From Octopus vulgaris (Eukaryota), in assembly GCA_951406725.2 (NCBI GenBank), contig OX597833.1:57040001-57104000 (forward strand): a stretch of DNA of 64,000 bases, given 5' to 3'. The notes under the pieces are model-generated. The model ran no database searches. It saw only the letters and a list, made by a program, of their open reading frames with translations, and was not told the origin of the DNA. Both the position numbers and the translations under genes were made by a program. Shown in pieces: positions 49,639 through 63,387 of this stretch (the stretch's first letter is position 1; the number at the start of each line of letters is the position of its first letter).

Positions 49639-50167
49639 CTAGCAGTATTGCCCGGCGTTGCTCGGGTTTGTTTCGACCCTTTAGAATTGGAATTTTTGAA
49701 AAGTAAAAATTTTGCATTATGTAGCTTGGCGACACAGCAGTCAAAAAATCGTAAAAAATAGGGATTTTCATAGAAAAAAAAGCACCTTTTTGGTGTAAAT
49801 AATTTTTGGTCTTAACATGGTCCGATTTGAATTTTTTCTTCTACGGAAGGAAGAGTAAGCCTTCTTCTATCTTTAAGTGAACATTTTTCTGGTTGAAATA
49901 CACCGAAAAATGGCGACACAGCAGTAAAAAAATCGTAAAAAATAGGGATTTTCATAGAAAAAAAAAAAAAGCACCTTTTTGATGTAAATAATTTTTGGTG
50001 TTAACATGGTCCGATTTGAATTTTATCTTCTACGGAAGGAAGAGCAAGCCTTCTTCTATCATACTCTCAATTTTGGTCAACTTGCGCCACAGGGTCTCGG
50101 AGGAGATAGTGTTAGTTGAAGGCTACAAAACCTGCCATACACGAACAACTTCAGCTTTATATATAGA
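49639..50167 (-). mobile_element. Complete non-autonomous Helitron with an internal duplication
   Basis: Minus strand A|TCTATATATAAAGCTGAAG ... CCCGAGCAACGCCGGG-CAATACTG-CTAG|T. Confidence 0.85.
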
Positions 50168-50842
50168 TATTAGCATGTTGTGATTTCCTCCTTTTCTTTT
50201 ACTTACTCTTTTACTTGTTTCAGTCATTTGACTGTGGCCATTTGACCCCAGGACTTATTCTTTGTAAGCCTACTACTTATTCTATCGGTCTCTCTTGCTG
50301 AACTGCAAGGTTGATCTAATCGACTGCCTCCCCCCCACCTCCAGAAATTTTGGTCCTTGTGCCAAGAATAGAAAAGAATATATAATACGTAATAAGTTGT
50401 AATATCTGTATGTGCTTATAGTACTTACAATTGCTGTATGTGTATGTGCTAAGGGCGGTGAGCTGGTAGAATCATTAGTACACCGAGTAAAATGCTTAGC
50501 GTTACGTTCTGAGTTCAAATTCCACCGAGGTTGACTTTGCCTTTCATCCTTTCGGGGTTGATAAATTAAGTACCAATTACGCACTGTGATCGATGCAATC
50601 GACTTAATCCCTTTGTCTGTCCTTGTTTGTCCCCTCTATGTTCAGCCCCTTGTGGGCAATAAAGAAATAAGAATCATTAACACACCAGGCAAGATGCTTA
50701 GCACCATTTTGTCTGTCTCTACATTCTGAGTTCAAATTCCACTGAGGTTGACTTTCACTTTCAGTCCTTTTGGGGTTGATAAAATGAGTGCCAGTTAAAC
50801 ACTGGGGTTGATTTAATTGACTTGGCTCCACCCCCAAAACTC

Positions 50843-51233
50843 TCTCTTTTACTCTTTTACTTGTTTCAGTCATTTGACTGCGGCCATGCTGGAGCACCGC
50901 CTTTAGTCGAGCAAATCGACCCCGGAACTTATTCTTTGTAAGCCCACTACTTATTCTATCGGTCTCTTTTGCCGAACCGCTAAGTGACGGGGACGTAAAC
51001 ACCCCAGCATCGGTTGTCAAGCAATGCTAGGGGGACAAACACACACACACACATACATATATATATACATATATACGACGGGCTTCTTTCAGTTTCCGTC
51101 TACCAAATCCACTCACAAGGCATTGGTCGGCCCGGGGCTATAGCAGAAGACACTTGCCCAAGATGCCACGCAGTGGGACTGAACCCGGAACCATGTGGTT
51201 GGTCAGCAAGCTACTTACCACACAGCCATTCCT
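50843..51233 (-). mobile_element. SINE family A (preceded by family B copies at 50454-50840, + strand)
   Basis: Full-length copy. Confidence 0.9.
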
Positions 51234-51503
51234 GTCACCCATGTGCCAAAATCTGAAACCAAATATGTGTATGTGTTTGTTTCTGTATAGATATATGCTG
51301 TTGTGAGGTTTGTGTGTGTGCATGTTATCGTAGTTTATTTGTGTGTATGATGTGTGTATGTGTTGAGTTAGTGGTATGTGTGTATAGGGTGTTTGTGAGT
51401 TATTGTATGTGTTTTCTTGTGTCATGTGTGTGTTACATGTGTACATGTTGTTTAGCCCTAGGCCAACCCTAAATGAACAGACATATGCTCAAAAACAGTC
51501 CAT

Positions 51504-51866
51504 CCTTGACCATCCCATCTTATTTCCCTACATACAATGAACCCAGGACGACATCAACATTCCAGCCTTGACCATCCCATCTTATTTCCCTATATACAAT
51601 TAACCCAGGACGACATCAACGTTCCAGCCTTGACCATCCAATCTTATTTCCCTATGGACTATGAACCCAGGACGACATCAATGTTCCAGCCTTGACCATC
51701 CAATCTTATTTCCCTATGTACTATGAACCCAGGACGACATCAACATTCCAGCCTTGACCATCCCATCTTATTTCCCTATGGACTATGAACCCAGGACGAC
51801 ATCAATGTTCCAGCCTTGACCATCCAATCTTATTTCCCTATGTACTATGAACCTAGGACGACATCA
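51504..51866. repeat. 62-bp minisatellite, ~6 copies
   Basis: CCTTGACCATCC recurs at 51504, 51566, 51628, 51690, 51752 and 51814. Confidence 0.95.
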
Positions 51867-51981
51867 TCCAATGTCTCATTTCCTAAGGTAGTTGAGAATG
51901 TGATTTACTAGAGATTTGGTTGCTATTTCTAGCAGGTCCAGCAACAATGTAGAGGCTCCATTTCTTGTCTTGTGTACATTC

Positions 51982-52021
<40 letters not shown>

Positions 52022-52411
52022 ATGTGGTGTGTATATGTGATACTGTAATGTGTGTATGTGTTATTTTGACCTGTGCATTCATATGTACTATTGAAGCTCC
52101 TATGATTATGGCTGTGGTGTGTGTGTGTGTGTATAACTGTGTATTATTGGCTAAGAGAGCAGTCGAGCAGAAAAATCTGATTAATTAAAATAAAGGACAG
52201 GATTTACTATTCTTCATAGATGACATTTATTATTTCCCCCCCTCTGTTTAGTTGAGGAACTAAATGTTGAAGTCACTGAAGCTTTCATAAATAAAATAGT
52301 TATTGTCGTGGTTGGCTTATCCCAAGTCAGCTGTGACCTTCCTCTGTTTTATTCAGACATAGAGCATTGTATCTAAGATGTCATTATCTAATGTGTCATT
52401 TGTCTCATTGT

Positions 52412-52750
52412 GAAGGCGCATGGCTCAGTGGTTAGAGCGTCCAGCTTACGATCGTGAGGTTGTGAGCTCGAATCCCGGACCGGGCTGCGTGTTGTGTTCT
52501 TGAGCAAGACACTTTATTTCACGTTGCTCCAGTTAACTCAGCTGTAGAAATGAGTTGCGACGTCACGGGTGCCAAGCTGTATCGGCCCCTTTGCCTTTCC
52601 CTTGGATAACACTGGTGGCGTGGGGACGGGAGGCCGTTATGCAAGGGCGACTGCTGGTCTTCCATAAACCACCTTGCCCAGACTTGTGACTAGGAGAGTA
52701 ACTTTCTAGGTGCAATCCCATGGTCAGTGTCCTGACTGAAGGGGGTCCTG
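52412..52750 (+). mobile_element. tRNA-derived SINE (family C-related head, different body); related copy at 60920-61160
   Basis: GGCGCATGGCTCAGTGGTTAGAGCG...CTCGAATCCCGG head followed by TGTGTTCTTGAGCAAGACACTTTA. Confidence 0.8.
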
Positions 52751-53544
52751 ACCGACCTAACCATTTGTCTCATAAAGTAATAAGATGTGATTTGAGTGAG
52801 ATTCAGCTGCTATTTCTAGCATATTGAGTGACTCTTTGTAGGCTGTGTTGTTGATGTTGCTTATTCCTAGGCCAACTCTGATTGGGTAAAATCAATTGTC
52901 AAATGTATGCCAGCTGTGACCACCCTGTCTTTTATTCAGACTGTTCTAAGTTTCCATTATGCATTGTGTCTTTCCTTTTTTAAAGACGTTAGAGTGTGAT
53001 TTGAGGGATATTTAGCTGTTCTTTCTAGGAGGTCAAGAGGTTTTAAACAGATTCCCTTGTTTAACCAGGTCAAAGCTTTGAATAAATAAAACTTATGATC
53101 AGAAGTGCTCCTAGAGTGACTATGTTATCTTTTATTCAGACACAGTGTATCTAGGATTACATTATCCAATGTACACTTCATTTTCTTAAAATAGTACATT
53201 GTGAATTTAGGGTCATTTTACTGCTATTTCTAGTAGGTTGAGCAACCCAGGTAGAGACTCCATCATTGGCTTAAAATTTTTTTTCTATATACCCAGGCCT
53301 ATTCCCCATTTTTTTTAGGAGGGGGTAGCCTCAGCAAGACACACACCAGGCATTCCATTCATTTCCCAACACGAGGAGGTGAGCCCTGTTCTATGCTTGG
53401 GTCAAGGCATAGAACGCAACCCCCAATATCAGCAGTGGAGCCCCAACAGGATACGCTGGTTTACTCCCCCGCCACATCATGCTGGCTCCGTACCCCTTTG
53501 AGCAACATTAAATTCACTCATCCATCCACAAACATTCTCTAGGC

Positions 53545-53763
53545 CAGTGCTTTTCAAGCTTTTTGCTGGAGCGGAACACCAAGGAAACATTCCACTGACT
53601 CGAGGAACCCCTGTGCAATAATTTAATAGTCTTATGCACACATATCTGCACAGGAAAATTAAAAATTACTGCCGATTTTAGCAGTTTTGTAACTTCTTGC
53701 GGAACCCCTGAACTGTACTGGCGGAACCCCAAGGTTCCGCAGAACCTTGGTTGAAAACCACTG
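53545..53763. mobile_element. hAT (Charlie-type) MITE
   Basis: TIR CAGTGCTTTTCAA / TTGAAAACCACTG with a perfect 8-bp TSD CTCTAGGC. Confidence 0.9.
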
Positions 53764-54248
53764 CTCTAGGCTTTCCTATGGTTATAAACTCCCTTGCCTC
53801 TCTCACTCCAACACCTCTAACCACCAAAGCTTTCCTCACTCCATCCATCCATCCATCCATCCATCAACACAAACCAAGGTCTGCCTCTGGTCTGCTTAAA
53901 AATACAATAGTTAATACACATTGTAGATATCAATGTCATGGCCCTACGTTTTATTAATGCTCCCTTGCCCTGCTGTAAGGAAAGGGTGGGAGGGATTGTT
54001 TTGGGAAGAGAAAGGAAGTGAGTCATAAGTTATTTTTTTTAATCCTTTTAATTGTTGGACACAAGGAAAATGTTGTTGTTGTTGTTTAACCCTAGGCTAG
54101 TTCCTTACTAAGTAGATCTATAACCAAAAGTGTTCCAGCTATGACTAGCCTCTCCTACCCTCAGGCTTTGTTTATCTCTCTTTTTTACTCTTTACTCTTT
54201 TACTTGTTTCAGTCATTTGACTGTGGCCATGCTGGAGCAAAGTACTTT

Positions 54249-55451
54249 ACATTCTGAGTTCAAATTTCACCAAAGTCGACTTCAAACTTTCCTACTCTCG
54301 GCATCAATAAAATAAGCACCCAATCTAAGAACTAAGGTCGATGATGTAACTGACTGAAACCTTCCCCACAAAACCCCACCGGCCTTGTGCCAAAATTTAA
54401 ATCAATTATTAAGTTAAGCCATGTTGCCAAAGACTGTGTTTTCATTTTACGAAAGACATTTGTGTTACATTCACAAACTAACCTTTATGAATTTTCTGAC
54501 CGCTACATCTCATAGAATAATTAGAAAATTGTTTTTTTTTCTGTGTGTTTATTGATAAAAGATGTAGGTGGAATTTGAGGAAAAAATACAATGTGGTTCT
54601 AGAATGAATGAAACGAACCATCTCAAACCAGTTCTAATGAATGAATTCATTAAAGAAATAAATAACGATGATAGTGATGGTGGTGGTGGTGGTGGTGGTG
54701 GTGGTGGGCAATTTCGGATTTAGCGACAATGACAAAGATTTCATTAGCGTTTGTGCTTTGTGTGTCGACGAAGCTGGACAAGTTGACGAACGTGATTAAT
54801 TCAGTAAGACTTACATAATAACTCTAATTGTGCTGCTTGTTCCTGGCAGAACAAAATTACAATTGAAGTTGTGGACAGCTCCTGAGTGATTACAGGAAGT
54901 TGCTTTGATTGCTTGCAACGCCAGAACACAATGGGGGAAGCTGCTGCAATTGACTGCACCAAATGTATTAGCACTTGCTTTGCGGCTGAAATATCTCGTA
55001 TTTTACCTGTTGTTGTTACCGAACGACTTAATCTTTCCGATAACGATGAATTCAAATGGTGATCCAGTTATGCTGTGGGATTTGATGAATCGCGGTTTTA
55101 ACGACTTGTAACGAGAATATTTACATGCAGATTTAAAATTTAACCAAGAACTACATTTACCTGAATCAATAATAGGAGTGACCACTCTTCCATTCTTGTC
55201 ACCAATGCCGAACTGTAATGCTTGGTTCTAGATAAATCATTAGCCAAGGTGCTTCCTTTAAGCTCTTTTACTTGTTTCAGTCATTTGACTGTGGCCATGC
55301 TGGAGCACCACCTTTAGTCGAGCAAATCGACCCTGGGATTTATTCTTTGTAAGCCTAGTACTTATTCTATCTGTCTCTTTTGCCGAACTGCTAAGTTATG
55401 GGGACGTAAGCACACCAGCATCAGTTGTCAAGCGATGTTGGGGGGACAGAG

Positions 55452-55495
<44 letters not shown>

Positions 55496-55658
55496 GATGG
55501 GCTTCTTTCAGTTTCTGTCTACCAAATCCACTCACAAGGCATTGGTCGGCCCGGGGCTATAGTAGAAGATACTTGCCCAAGTTCCACACAGTGGGACTGA
55601 ACCCGGAACCATGTGATTGGTAAGCAAGCTACTTACCACACAACCACTCCTACGCCTA
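54249..55658. repeat. Local segmental duplication, copy 1 (includes SINE A at 55263-55658, minus)
   Basis: Collinear and highly similar to 56247-57651. Confidence 0.95.
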
Positions 55659-56246
55659 TCCTTCATTTTCTAAAATGATGGATGGATGTTTTTGTTTAAT
55701 TTTTTGTTTTTAATGTTGCCTTTTTATTTTCCACATCCTATTACATCCTTATTGTAATGTCTCTTTGTAACAGGCTCTCTGTTGTTGCCCTTGGGACAGT
55801 AAAAGAAACGATCATGACCATCATCATCATCAAGGGTGGTGGATTGGCACCACCCTTGATTAGAGCATTCAACAAAATACTTTGTTGTATTTCTTCTGTT
55901 TCTTAAAATTTTTTTTTTTATACATTCTGAGTTCAATTCCTACTGAGGTCAACTTTAACTTCTATTTCTTTAGAGTTGACAAAATAAAGCACCAGTATTG
56001 ATATAAACCGCTATATCTGTCCCCTAAATTTCTGGCCTTGTGCTTATGTTGGAAATAATTCCTCCTCCCCCTCCTCCTTCCCCTCCCTCTCCTCCCCATT
56101 CCCCCTCCTCTCATCCCCCTCTGCTTCCTCCCCTCCCCTCCTCCTCTCTCTCCTTCACCTCCTCCTCCTAGTCAGGTGTGATAAACTACCTAAATCATTA
56201 GCACGTTGGACGAAATGCTTAGCGACATTTCATTGCAAAGTTCTTA

Positions 56247-57651
56247 ACATTCTGAGTTCAAATTTCACCAAAGTCGACTTCAACTTTCCTACTCTCGGCA
56301 TCAATAAAATAAGCACCCAGTCTAAGAACTAGGGTCGATGATGTAACTGACTGAAAACCCTCCCCACAAAAACCCGCCGGCCTTGTGCCAAAATTTAAAT
56401 CAATTATTAAGTTAAGTCATGTTGCCAAAGATTGTGTCTTCATTTTATGAAAGACATTTGTGTTACATTCACAAACTAACCTTTATGAATTTTCTGACCG
56501 CTACATCTCATAGAATAATTAGAAAATTGTTTTTTTTTCTGTGTGTTTATTGATAAAAGATGTAGGTGGAATTTGAGGAAAAAATACAATGTGGTTCTAG
56601 AATGAATGAAACGAACCATCTCAAACCAGTTCTAATGAATGAATTCATTAAAGAAATAAATAACGATGATAGTGATGGTGGTGGTGGTGGTGGTGGGCAA
56701 TTTCGGATTTAGCGACAATGACAAAGATTTCATTAGCGTTTGTGCTTTGTGTGTCGACGAAGCTGGACAAGTTGACGAACGTGATTAATTCAGTGAGACT
56801 TACATAATAACTCTAATTGTGCTGCTTGTTCTTGGCAGAACAAAATTACAATTGAAGTTGTGGACAGCTCCTGAGTGATTACAGGAAGTTGCTTTGATTG
56901 CTTGCAACGCCAGAACACAATGGGGGAAGCTGCTGCAATTGACTGCACTGAATGTGTTAGCACTTGCTTTGCGGCTGAAATATCTCGTATTTTACCTGTT
57001 GTTGTTACCGAACGACTTAATCTTTCCGATAACGATGAATTCAAATGGTGATCCAGTTAAGCTGTGGGATTTGACGAATCGCGGTGTTAACGACTTGTAA
57101 CGAGAATATTTGCATGCAGATTTAAAATTTAACCGAGAACCACATTTACCTGAATCAATAATAGGATATTGTGACCACTCTGCCATTCTTGTCACCAATG
57201 CCGAACTATTAAGCTTGGTTCTCGATAAATCATTAGCCAAGGTGCTTCATTTAAGCTATTTTACTTGTTTCAGTCATTTGACTGCGGCCATGCTGGAGCA
57301 CTGCCTTTAGTCCAGCAAATCGACCCTGGGACTAATTCTTTGTAAGCCCAGTACTTATTCTATCGGTCTCTTTTGCCGAACTGCTAAGTTACGGGGACGT
57401 AAACACACCAGCATCAGTTGTCAAGCGATGTTGGGGGGAACAAACAGAGACACACACACACACACACATACACACACACACACATACGATGGGCTTCTTT
57501 CAGTTTCTGTCTACCAAATCCACTCACAAGGCTTTGGTTGGCCCGAGGCTATAGTAGAAGACACTTGGCTAAGATGCCATGCAGTGGGACTGAACCCGTA
57601 ACCATGTGGTTGGTAAGCAAGCTACTTACCAGACAGCCACTCCTACGTCTA
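56247..57651. repeat. Local segmental duplication, copy 2 (includes SINE A at 57258-57650, minus)
   Basis: Collinear and highly similar to 54249-55658. Confidence 0.95.
56696..57257 (+). pseudogene. Decayed protein-like reading frame of unknown origin (also in copy 1, ~54706-55260); coding strand uncertain
   Basis: Only 3 stops in ~187 codons; Leu/Asp/Glu-rich translation; CpG-rich. Confidence 0.35.
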
Positions 57652-58584
57652 TACACAAATTATTTTAGTGAATTGTAAGTATCTACCACAGGTGTGTATT
57701 TTCAGCTGAGCGCTTGAGAGCAATAAGCTGTGGGAGCACTGTTCAATGAATGAGTGCTGCATGCTGGCATGGAAAGTAGACGTTAAACGATGATGATGAT
57801 GATGATTTTAATTTCCACTTTTTCACGCTTGCATGGGTCAGATGGAATTTCTTGAGGCAGACTTTCTATGGCTGAATGCCCTTCCTGTCACGACCCCTCA
57901 CCTGTTGCCAAGCAAGGTATTATTTTTTTCCTCATGGCTGAACATGTTTCCATGGAAGATTGTAAATGAAGGACGCAACTTACAAGACAACTTGGAACTA
58001 TTACATGATGTCAAGTCATGGACCACACACACACACACACATGCATGCACACATGCGTGCACACACACACACTTTTCCATACTTGTATGAGTTGGACCGC
58101 TTTTATTGAGGCAAATTTTCTACAGCTGGATGCCTTTCCTGTTGCCAACCCTCACCTCTTTCCAAGCAAGGTAATATTTACACAAGACCAGGCACATTTT
58201 GCAGAATATTGGAAATGGATGAATGACTCTGCTTGCATGACAGTGACAACCATTTACAACTATTACGCAATCTCAAGACAAAGCAACATAAACACGCATG
58301 CACACACATACACATACATAGAGTGGGCTTCTTTTCAGTTTCTGTTCGTCAATTCTGCTAACAAGGCTTTGGTTGCCCCAGGGCTACAACAGAAGACACT
58401 CGACCATGTTGTCACACAGTGGTTAGGAAGCAGTCTTCTGACCACACAGGCCACACCTGCCCCTGGAAGGGCATCCAACTGCAGAATCCATGCCAAAACA
58501 GACTATGGAACTTGGTGTGACCCCTGGCCTTGCCAGTTCCTGTCAAGCCCTCAAACCCATGCCAGCATGGCAAATGGTCCTTAA

Positions 58585-58807
58585 CCTTTTCATTACTGTA
58601 TATTTATTTTGAGATGCTCTGAGTTTCTTTCAATTACTTTAAATATAACAAAGAATTTAGTAAAATAACTTTGTTATCATTAAACTAGTGTTAGGAACAT
58701 AAATTGTGACTAAGGTTTGGGGGAAGACTTTAATTCAACACTTAATGAAAATAAGCCATTTGTACTCAGAGCCAGAGCTGGTTTCAACCGGCTTGGTAAT
58801 GAAAGGG
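58585..58807. mobile_element. piggyBac-like MITE; relatives at ~4790-5660 (split by the LTR) and ~32350-32515
   Basis: TTAA|CCTTTTCATTAC ... GTAATGAAAGGG|TTGA. Confidence 0.7.
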
Positions 58808-59552
58808 TTGAATGTTGAGGATGATGTGTGTGTGTGATGATGATATATGTATGTGTGTGAGTATGTGTGTATGTGCGTGTAGTGAAGGGCTGTGTGGTAT
58901 TCCATTACACCCAGCAATTATTTTATTGACCGTAGAGCAAAGAAAGGCAAAGTTGGACGTGACACAACTTGAAGTTAAGAAATGAATAATAATAATAATA
59001 ATAGTAGTAGTAGTAGTAGTGATGGAGATGATGATGATGATGATGATAATTTGATTTTCAGTTATAATTGTAAGTAGTGTTCATTGTTATTGCATTAATT
59101 GCTTAATTAACAATCAATTAACAATGTAAAAAAAAGAATATGTATTTCAATTAGATTAAAATATAATTTTCTATAAAAGCTTTCCGTTTGTTAACAATGA
59201 GCATGCTATCAATATAGTATGGATTATTATTGTAACCCTTTAGCATTCAGATGACTATCAAATGTAATGCTTATTTAAGAAATAATAATAGTAGTAATAA
59301 TAATAATAATAATAGTAGTAGTAGTGATAATAATAATCATTTCTACTATAGACACAAAGCATGGAATTTGCAGGGAGGGGGATAATCAATTACATCAACC
59401 CCCGTACTCAACTGGTACTTACTTTGTCGACACAAAAAGGATGAAAGGCAAAGTTGACCTCAGCGGAATTTGAACTCAGAACACAAAGACAGATGAAATG
59501 CTGTTAAGCATTTTGCCCAGCATGTTTCTGCCAGCTCGCCATCTTAATCACC

Positions 59553-59596
<44 letters not shown>

Positions 59597-59814
59597 CCTT
59601 TCTACTAAAGGCACGAGGCCAGCAATTTTGGGAAGAGGAGTAGTTGATTACATTAACCCCAGTACTCAACTGGTACTTATTTTATTGATCCCAAAAGGAT
59701 GAAAGGCAAAATCAAAAATAAAAACGGTTGAAATGCTGCTAAGCATTTTACCCAGCATGCTAACGATTCTGCCATCTCACCACCTTAATAATCATAATAA
59801 ACAATAAATGAATA

Positions 59815-60229
59815 TACTCTTACTCTTTACTCTTTTACTTGTTTCAGTCATTTGACTGCAGCCATGCTGGAGCACCGCCTTTAGTCGAGCAACTTGACCC
59901 CGGGACTTATTCTTTGTAAGCCCAGTACTTATTCTATCGGTCTCTTTTGCCGAACCGCTAAGTGACGGGGGACATAAACACACCAGCATCGGTTGTCAAG
60001 CGATGTTGGGGGGAACAAACACAGACATACAAACATACACACACACACACATATATATATATACGATGGGCTTCTTTCAGTTTCTGTCTACCAAATCCAC
60101 TCAAAAGGCTTTGGTCGGCCCGAGGCTATAGTAGAAGACACTTGCCCAAGGTTCCACACAGTGGGACTGAACCCGGAACCATGTGGTTGGTAAACAAGCT
60201 ACTTACCACACAGCCACTCCTGCGCCTAT
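59815..60229 (-). mobile_element. SINE family A
   Basis: Full-length copy. Confidence 0.92.
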
Positions 60230-61320
60230 ATATAATAATAAAAAGAATAAAAAGTTGGTAGTTTCTTCGGGTTGAAGTATTACTTAAATGAAATGACTGT
60301 ATTGATTGAAGAGCTTCCTATCAAAAGAGTTGTACTTGTGCTTCAGGAATACAAGCAAGATCGTGAACAGTGTACACTTTAAGTGCTTTTAATGAACATT
60401 TACAGTTATTTGCCTTGTCTTTCACTGAACTTCTTCAGCAGATTGCCGCTAACGAAGCTACATTAATAAACTTTTTCTGAAGCCTTTTGCAGCTTAGCAA
60501 CCACTACTAATTCGAGCAAATGGTTAACGGCTAGGTACCAGCAATCAATATTTGATTGTGGGTCACAAATGAAAGATTTTTTTTCTTTAATATAATGTGT
60601 TATTGTTCTACTGGTTTCTAGCAACAGATGCAGCCAAAACCTGCCAATCAACTGCTAAATGGAGAAAGCTTTCTTAACTTCCTTTGGCAAGAAGTGCTAT
60701 ATTTTGTCATAAAAATGGCAGCTTGTTGTGTTGAATAATACTCACATTGGCAATTGTTTTCTAATTAATAGCCAGATTGTATTTATTGAGTTCCTTCATT
60801 CTTATCGACTTAGCATTAATGTTCAGATCTATAATCCTATGGCTGCAGGCATGGCCATGTGGCTTAGAAGTTCACTTCGGAGCTGGGTTGTTTTGGGTTC
60901 AGTTATACTGTATGGCATGGAGGCATGTGGCCTAGTGGTTAGGGTGTCAGCATCATGATCGTAAGATTGTGGTTTCGATTCCTGGACCGGGCGACATGTT
61001 GTGTTCTTGAGCAAAACACTTCATTTCACGTTACTCCAGTCCACTCAGCTGGCAAAAATGAGTAACGCTACGCTGGACTGGCATCCCATCCAGCTGGGGA
61101 ACACATACGCCATGGAAACCAGGAAACCAGGCCCATGAGCCTGGCTAGGCTCTAAAAGGGCACATTTTTTTTTCTTACTGTATGTCACCTTGGACAAGTG
61201 TTTTCTTTCTGTACCATTGCTTTGGATTGCTTGAAGCATTGGAAATGAAAGATGGCATTTGAATGTGTTTGAAAGCATGTCAGAGGGATCTTTCCTATTC
61301 TGGGGTGGTAGACTTAATCT

Positions 61321-61612
61321 GGAGGCACATGGCCTAGTGGTTAGAGCAGTGAACTCGCGGTCGAGGAATCACGGGTTCGAATCTCAGACCGGGTGATGTG
61401 TGTGTTTATGAGCGAAACACCTAAGCTCCACACGGCTCTGGCAGAAGGTAATGCCGAACCTCTGCTGACTCTTACGCCACAACTTTTTCTCACTCTTTCC
61501 TCCTGCATCTTGCTGCTCACCTGCGATGGACAGGCGTCTGTCAAGGTGGAGAACCTATATGCCAAGGAAACCGGGAAAATGGCCCTTATGAGCCAGGCAT
61601 GGCTTGAGAAGG
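61321..61612 (+). mobile_element. SINE family C
   Basis: tRNA-Arg-like head; TSD AGACTTAATCTG. Confidence 0.87.
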
Positions 61613-62864
61613 AAGACTTAATCTGTCAATCAGTTTAATATCCCCAAGTTCCAGTCAGAGTATATCTTACTCTCTTTCTCTGGCTTGTCTTGGATACCCT
61701 GAAAAATGTCATGACTACTGTCCTTATTCCTCTGACCCAACTATTGACCCCTTTACTGCAGAAATTAAATATTCCCACTCAAAATTTCATTACTCTTAAC
61801 TTTCAAAAGCATACAAGCACACATACACATGCATATGCATATACATGTATATATTCATACATATATGTGTGATGGGCTTCTTTCAGTTTCCATCTCCCAG
61901 ATTCACTCACAAGACTTTGGTCGGCATGGAGCTGATACAAGATGCTTGCTGAAGGTACAACACTGTGGGATTGAACCAGAAACCACTTGGTTGGATGTCC
62001 AACCCACGCAAGCAATGCCATAATGGATAAAAATTATGAGAAAGTTCTTTTGGCTTTTCATTTGTTATTGAAATTAGTTTTTCAATATCTATAATTTATC
62101 AATCAAAACTTTTCTGTTGTCTGTTCTCTTTATGAATTTAATTCACAAAAGCGATGAATATTTATGAATTAAATTCAGATAAGAGACCAGCTATTTCTAA
62201 AGATCAAATTTTTGGTGACCGCCTTTACCTCAGAGATTTAATATCTTGGCTAGCAAGTGGAGAAATGAGAATATATCTCATGATACACAGGAAAGAACTG
62301 TCTTGATATGCTTATTTGCAAGAATCTGTTATTAAATCCTTAAGAAGCTAGTAATATCCTGTTAAGACCATACAAAGTATAAAGCTGTCCACTTTTATCT
62401 GATAATTTAATCTGCATGAGTCTGAAATGTATGTAATAAAAATAGTTTAAATTATGTCACTAACGATGGAAAGTATATTAGTTTGTTCAATGCTATGATA
62501 ATATTATTTAACCTGCAGTTCATTTTCTTTGTAGTAAGAGCTTTTCTCCTTGCTTGACATTTTTCTACTTAAACCATGGGATAAATAGAAAAATGAGTGT
62601 AAAAAGAATAAAAAAGACCAATGGCTTTATTATTGTTGTAGCAACATGATTGCATTGAGATATATTAAGTTAGAGGTGGTAGTGGTGGTCTGTCTTGGAT
62701 TGCCAATCGATGATGGACCTCAAAACCATTGATTCTCGACTATTTTTTTTTAACTTTTAGACCCCCCTTGATACCTTTTTTTTTTTTAATCTTGCCGCAT
62801 TTCCATAGCCATTTGGTGTTTTTGTAATTAGCTTATTGTTTTTGTAATTACATATTTGGAATTA

Positions 62865-63256
62865 TCTCTCTATATATAAAGCTGAAGTCGTCTGTGTATG
62901 GCAGGTTTGGTAGCCTTCGACTAACACTATCTCCTCCGAGACCCTGCAGCACAAGTTGACCGAAATTGAGAGTATGATAGAAGAAGGCTTGCTCTTCCTT
63001 CCGTAGAAGAAAAAATTCAAATCGGACCATGTTAACACCAAAAATTATTTACATCAAAAAGATACTTTTTTCTATGAAAATCCCTATCTTTTACGATTTT
63101 TTTTACTGCTGTGTCGCCATTTTTTGGTGTATTTCAACCAGAAAAATGTTCACTTAGAGAGAATAACAAGCTACATAATGCAAAATTTTTACTTTTCAAA
63201 AATTCAAATTCTAAAGGGCCGAAACAAACCCGAGCAATGCTGGGCGATACTGTTAG
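62865..63256 (+). mobile_element. Non-autonomous Helitron
   Basis: A|TC...TATATAAAGCTGAAG start, CCCGAGCAATGCTGGG hairpin, TTAG|T end; homologous to 49639-50167. Confidence 0.82.
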
Positions 63257-63387
63257 TATTAAAATTTTTTTTAATATTTTGTGTAATGTAGAAGTATAAC
63301 CAATGTAGTACACATAAATTTCAACAATAAAATCTTGGACCCCCACCACCACCACCACCAAGACATGGACCCCGGTTGAGGGGTCAT

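Noticed and set aside
53290-53510. GC-rich segment with a hairpin and minus-strand ACCTCCTCGTG, reminiscent of an HDV-like ribozyme L3
   Set aside because: P1, P2 and P3 pairings could not be completed by eye; probably a retroelement 5' fragment.
56853-56878. KLWTAPE motif resembling the receptor guanylyl cyclase kinase-homology domain
   Set aside because: Immediately followed by a stop, and no other kinase subdomain motifs are nearby.
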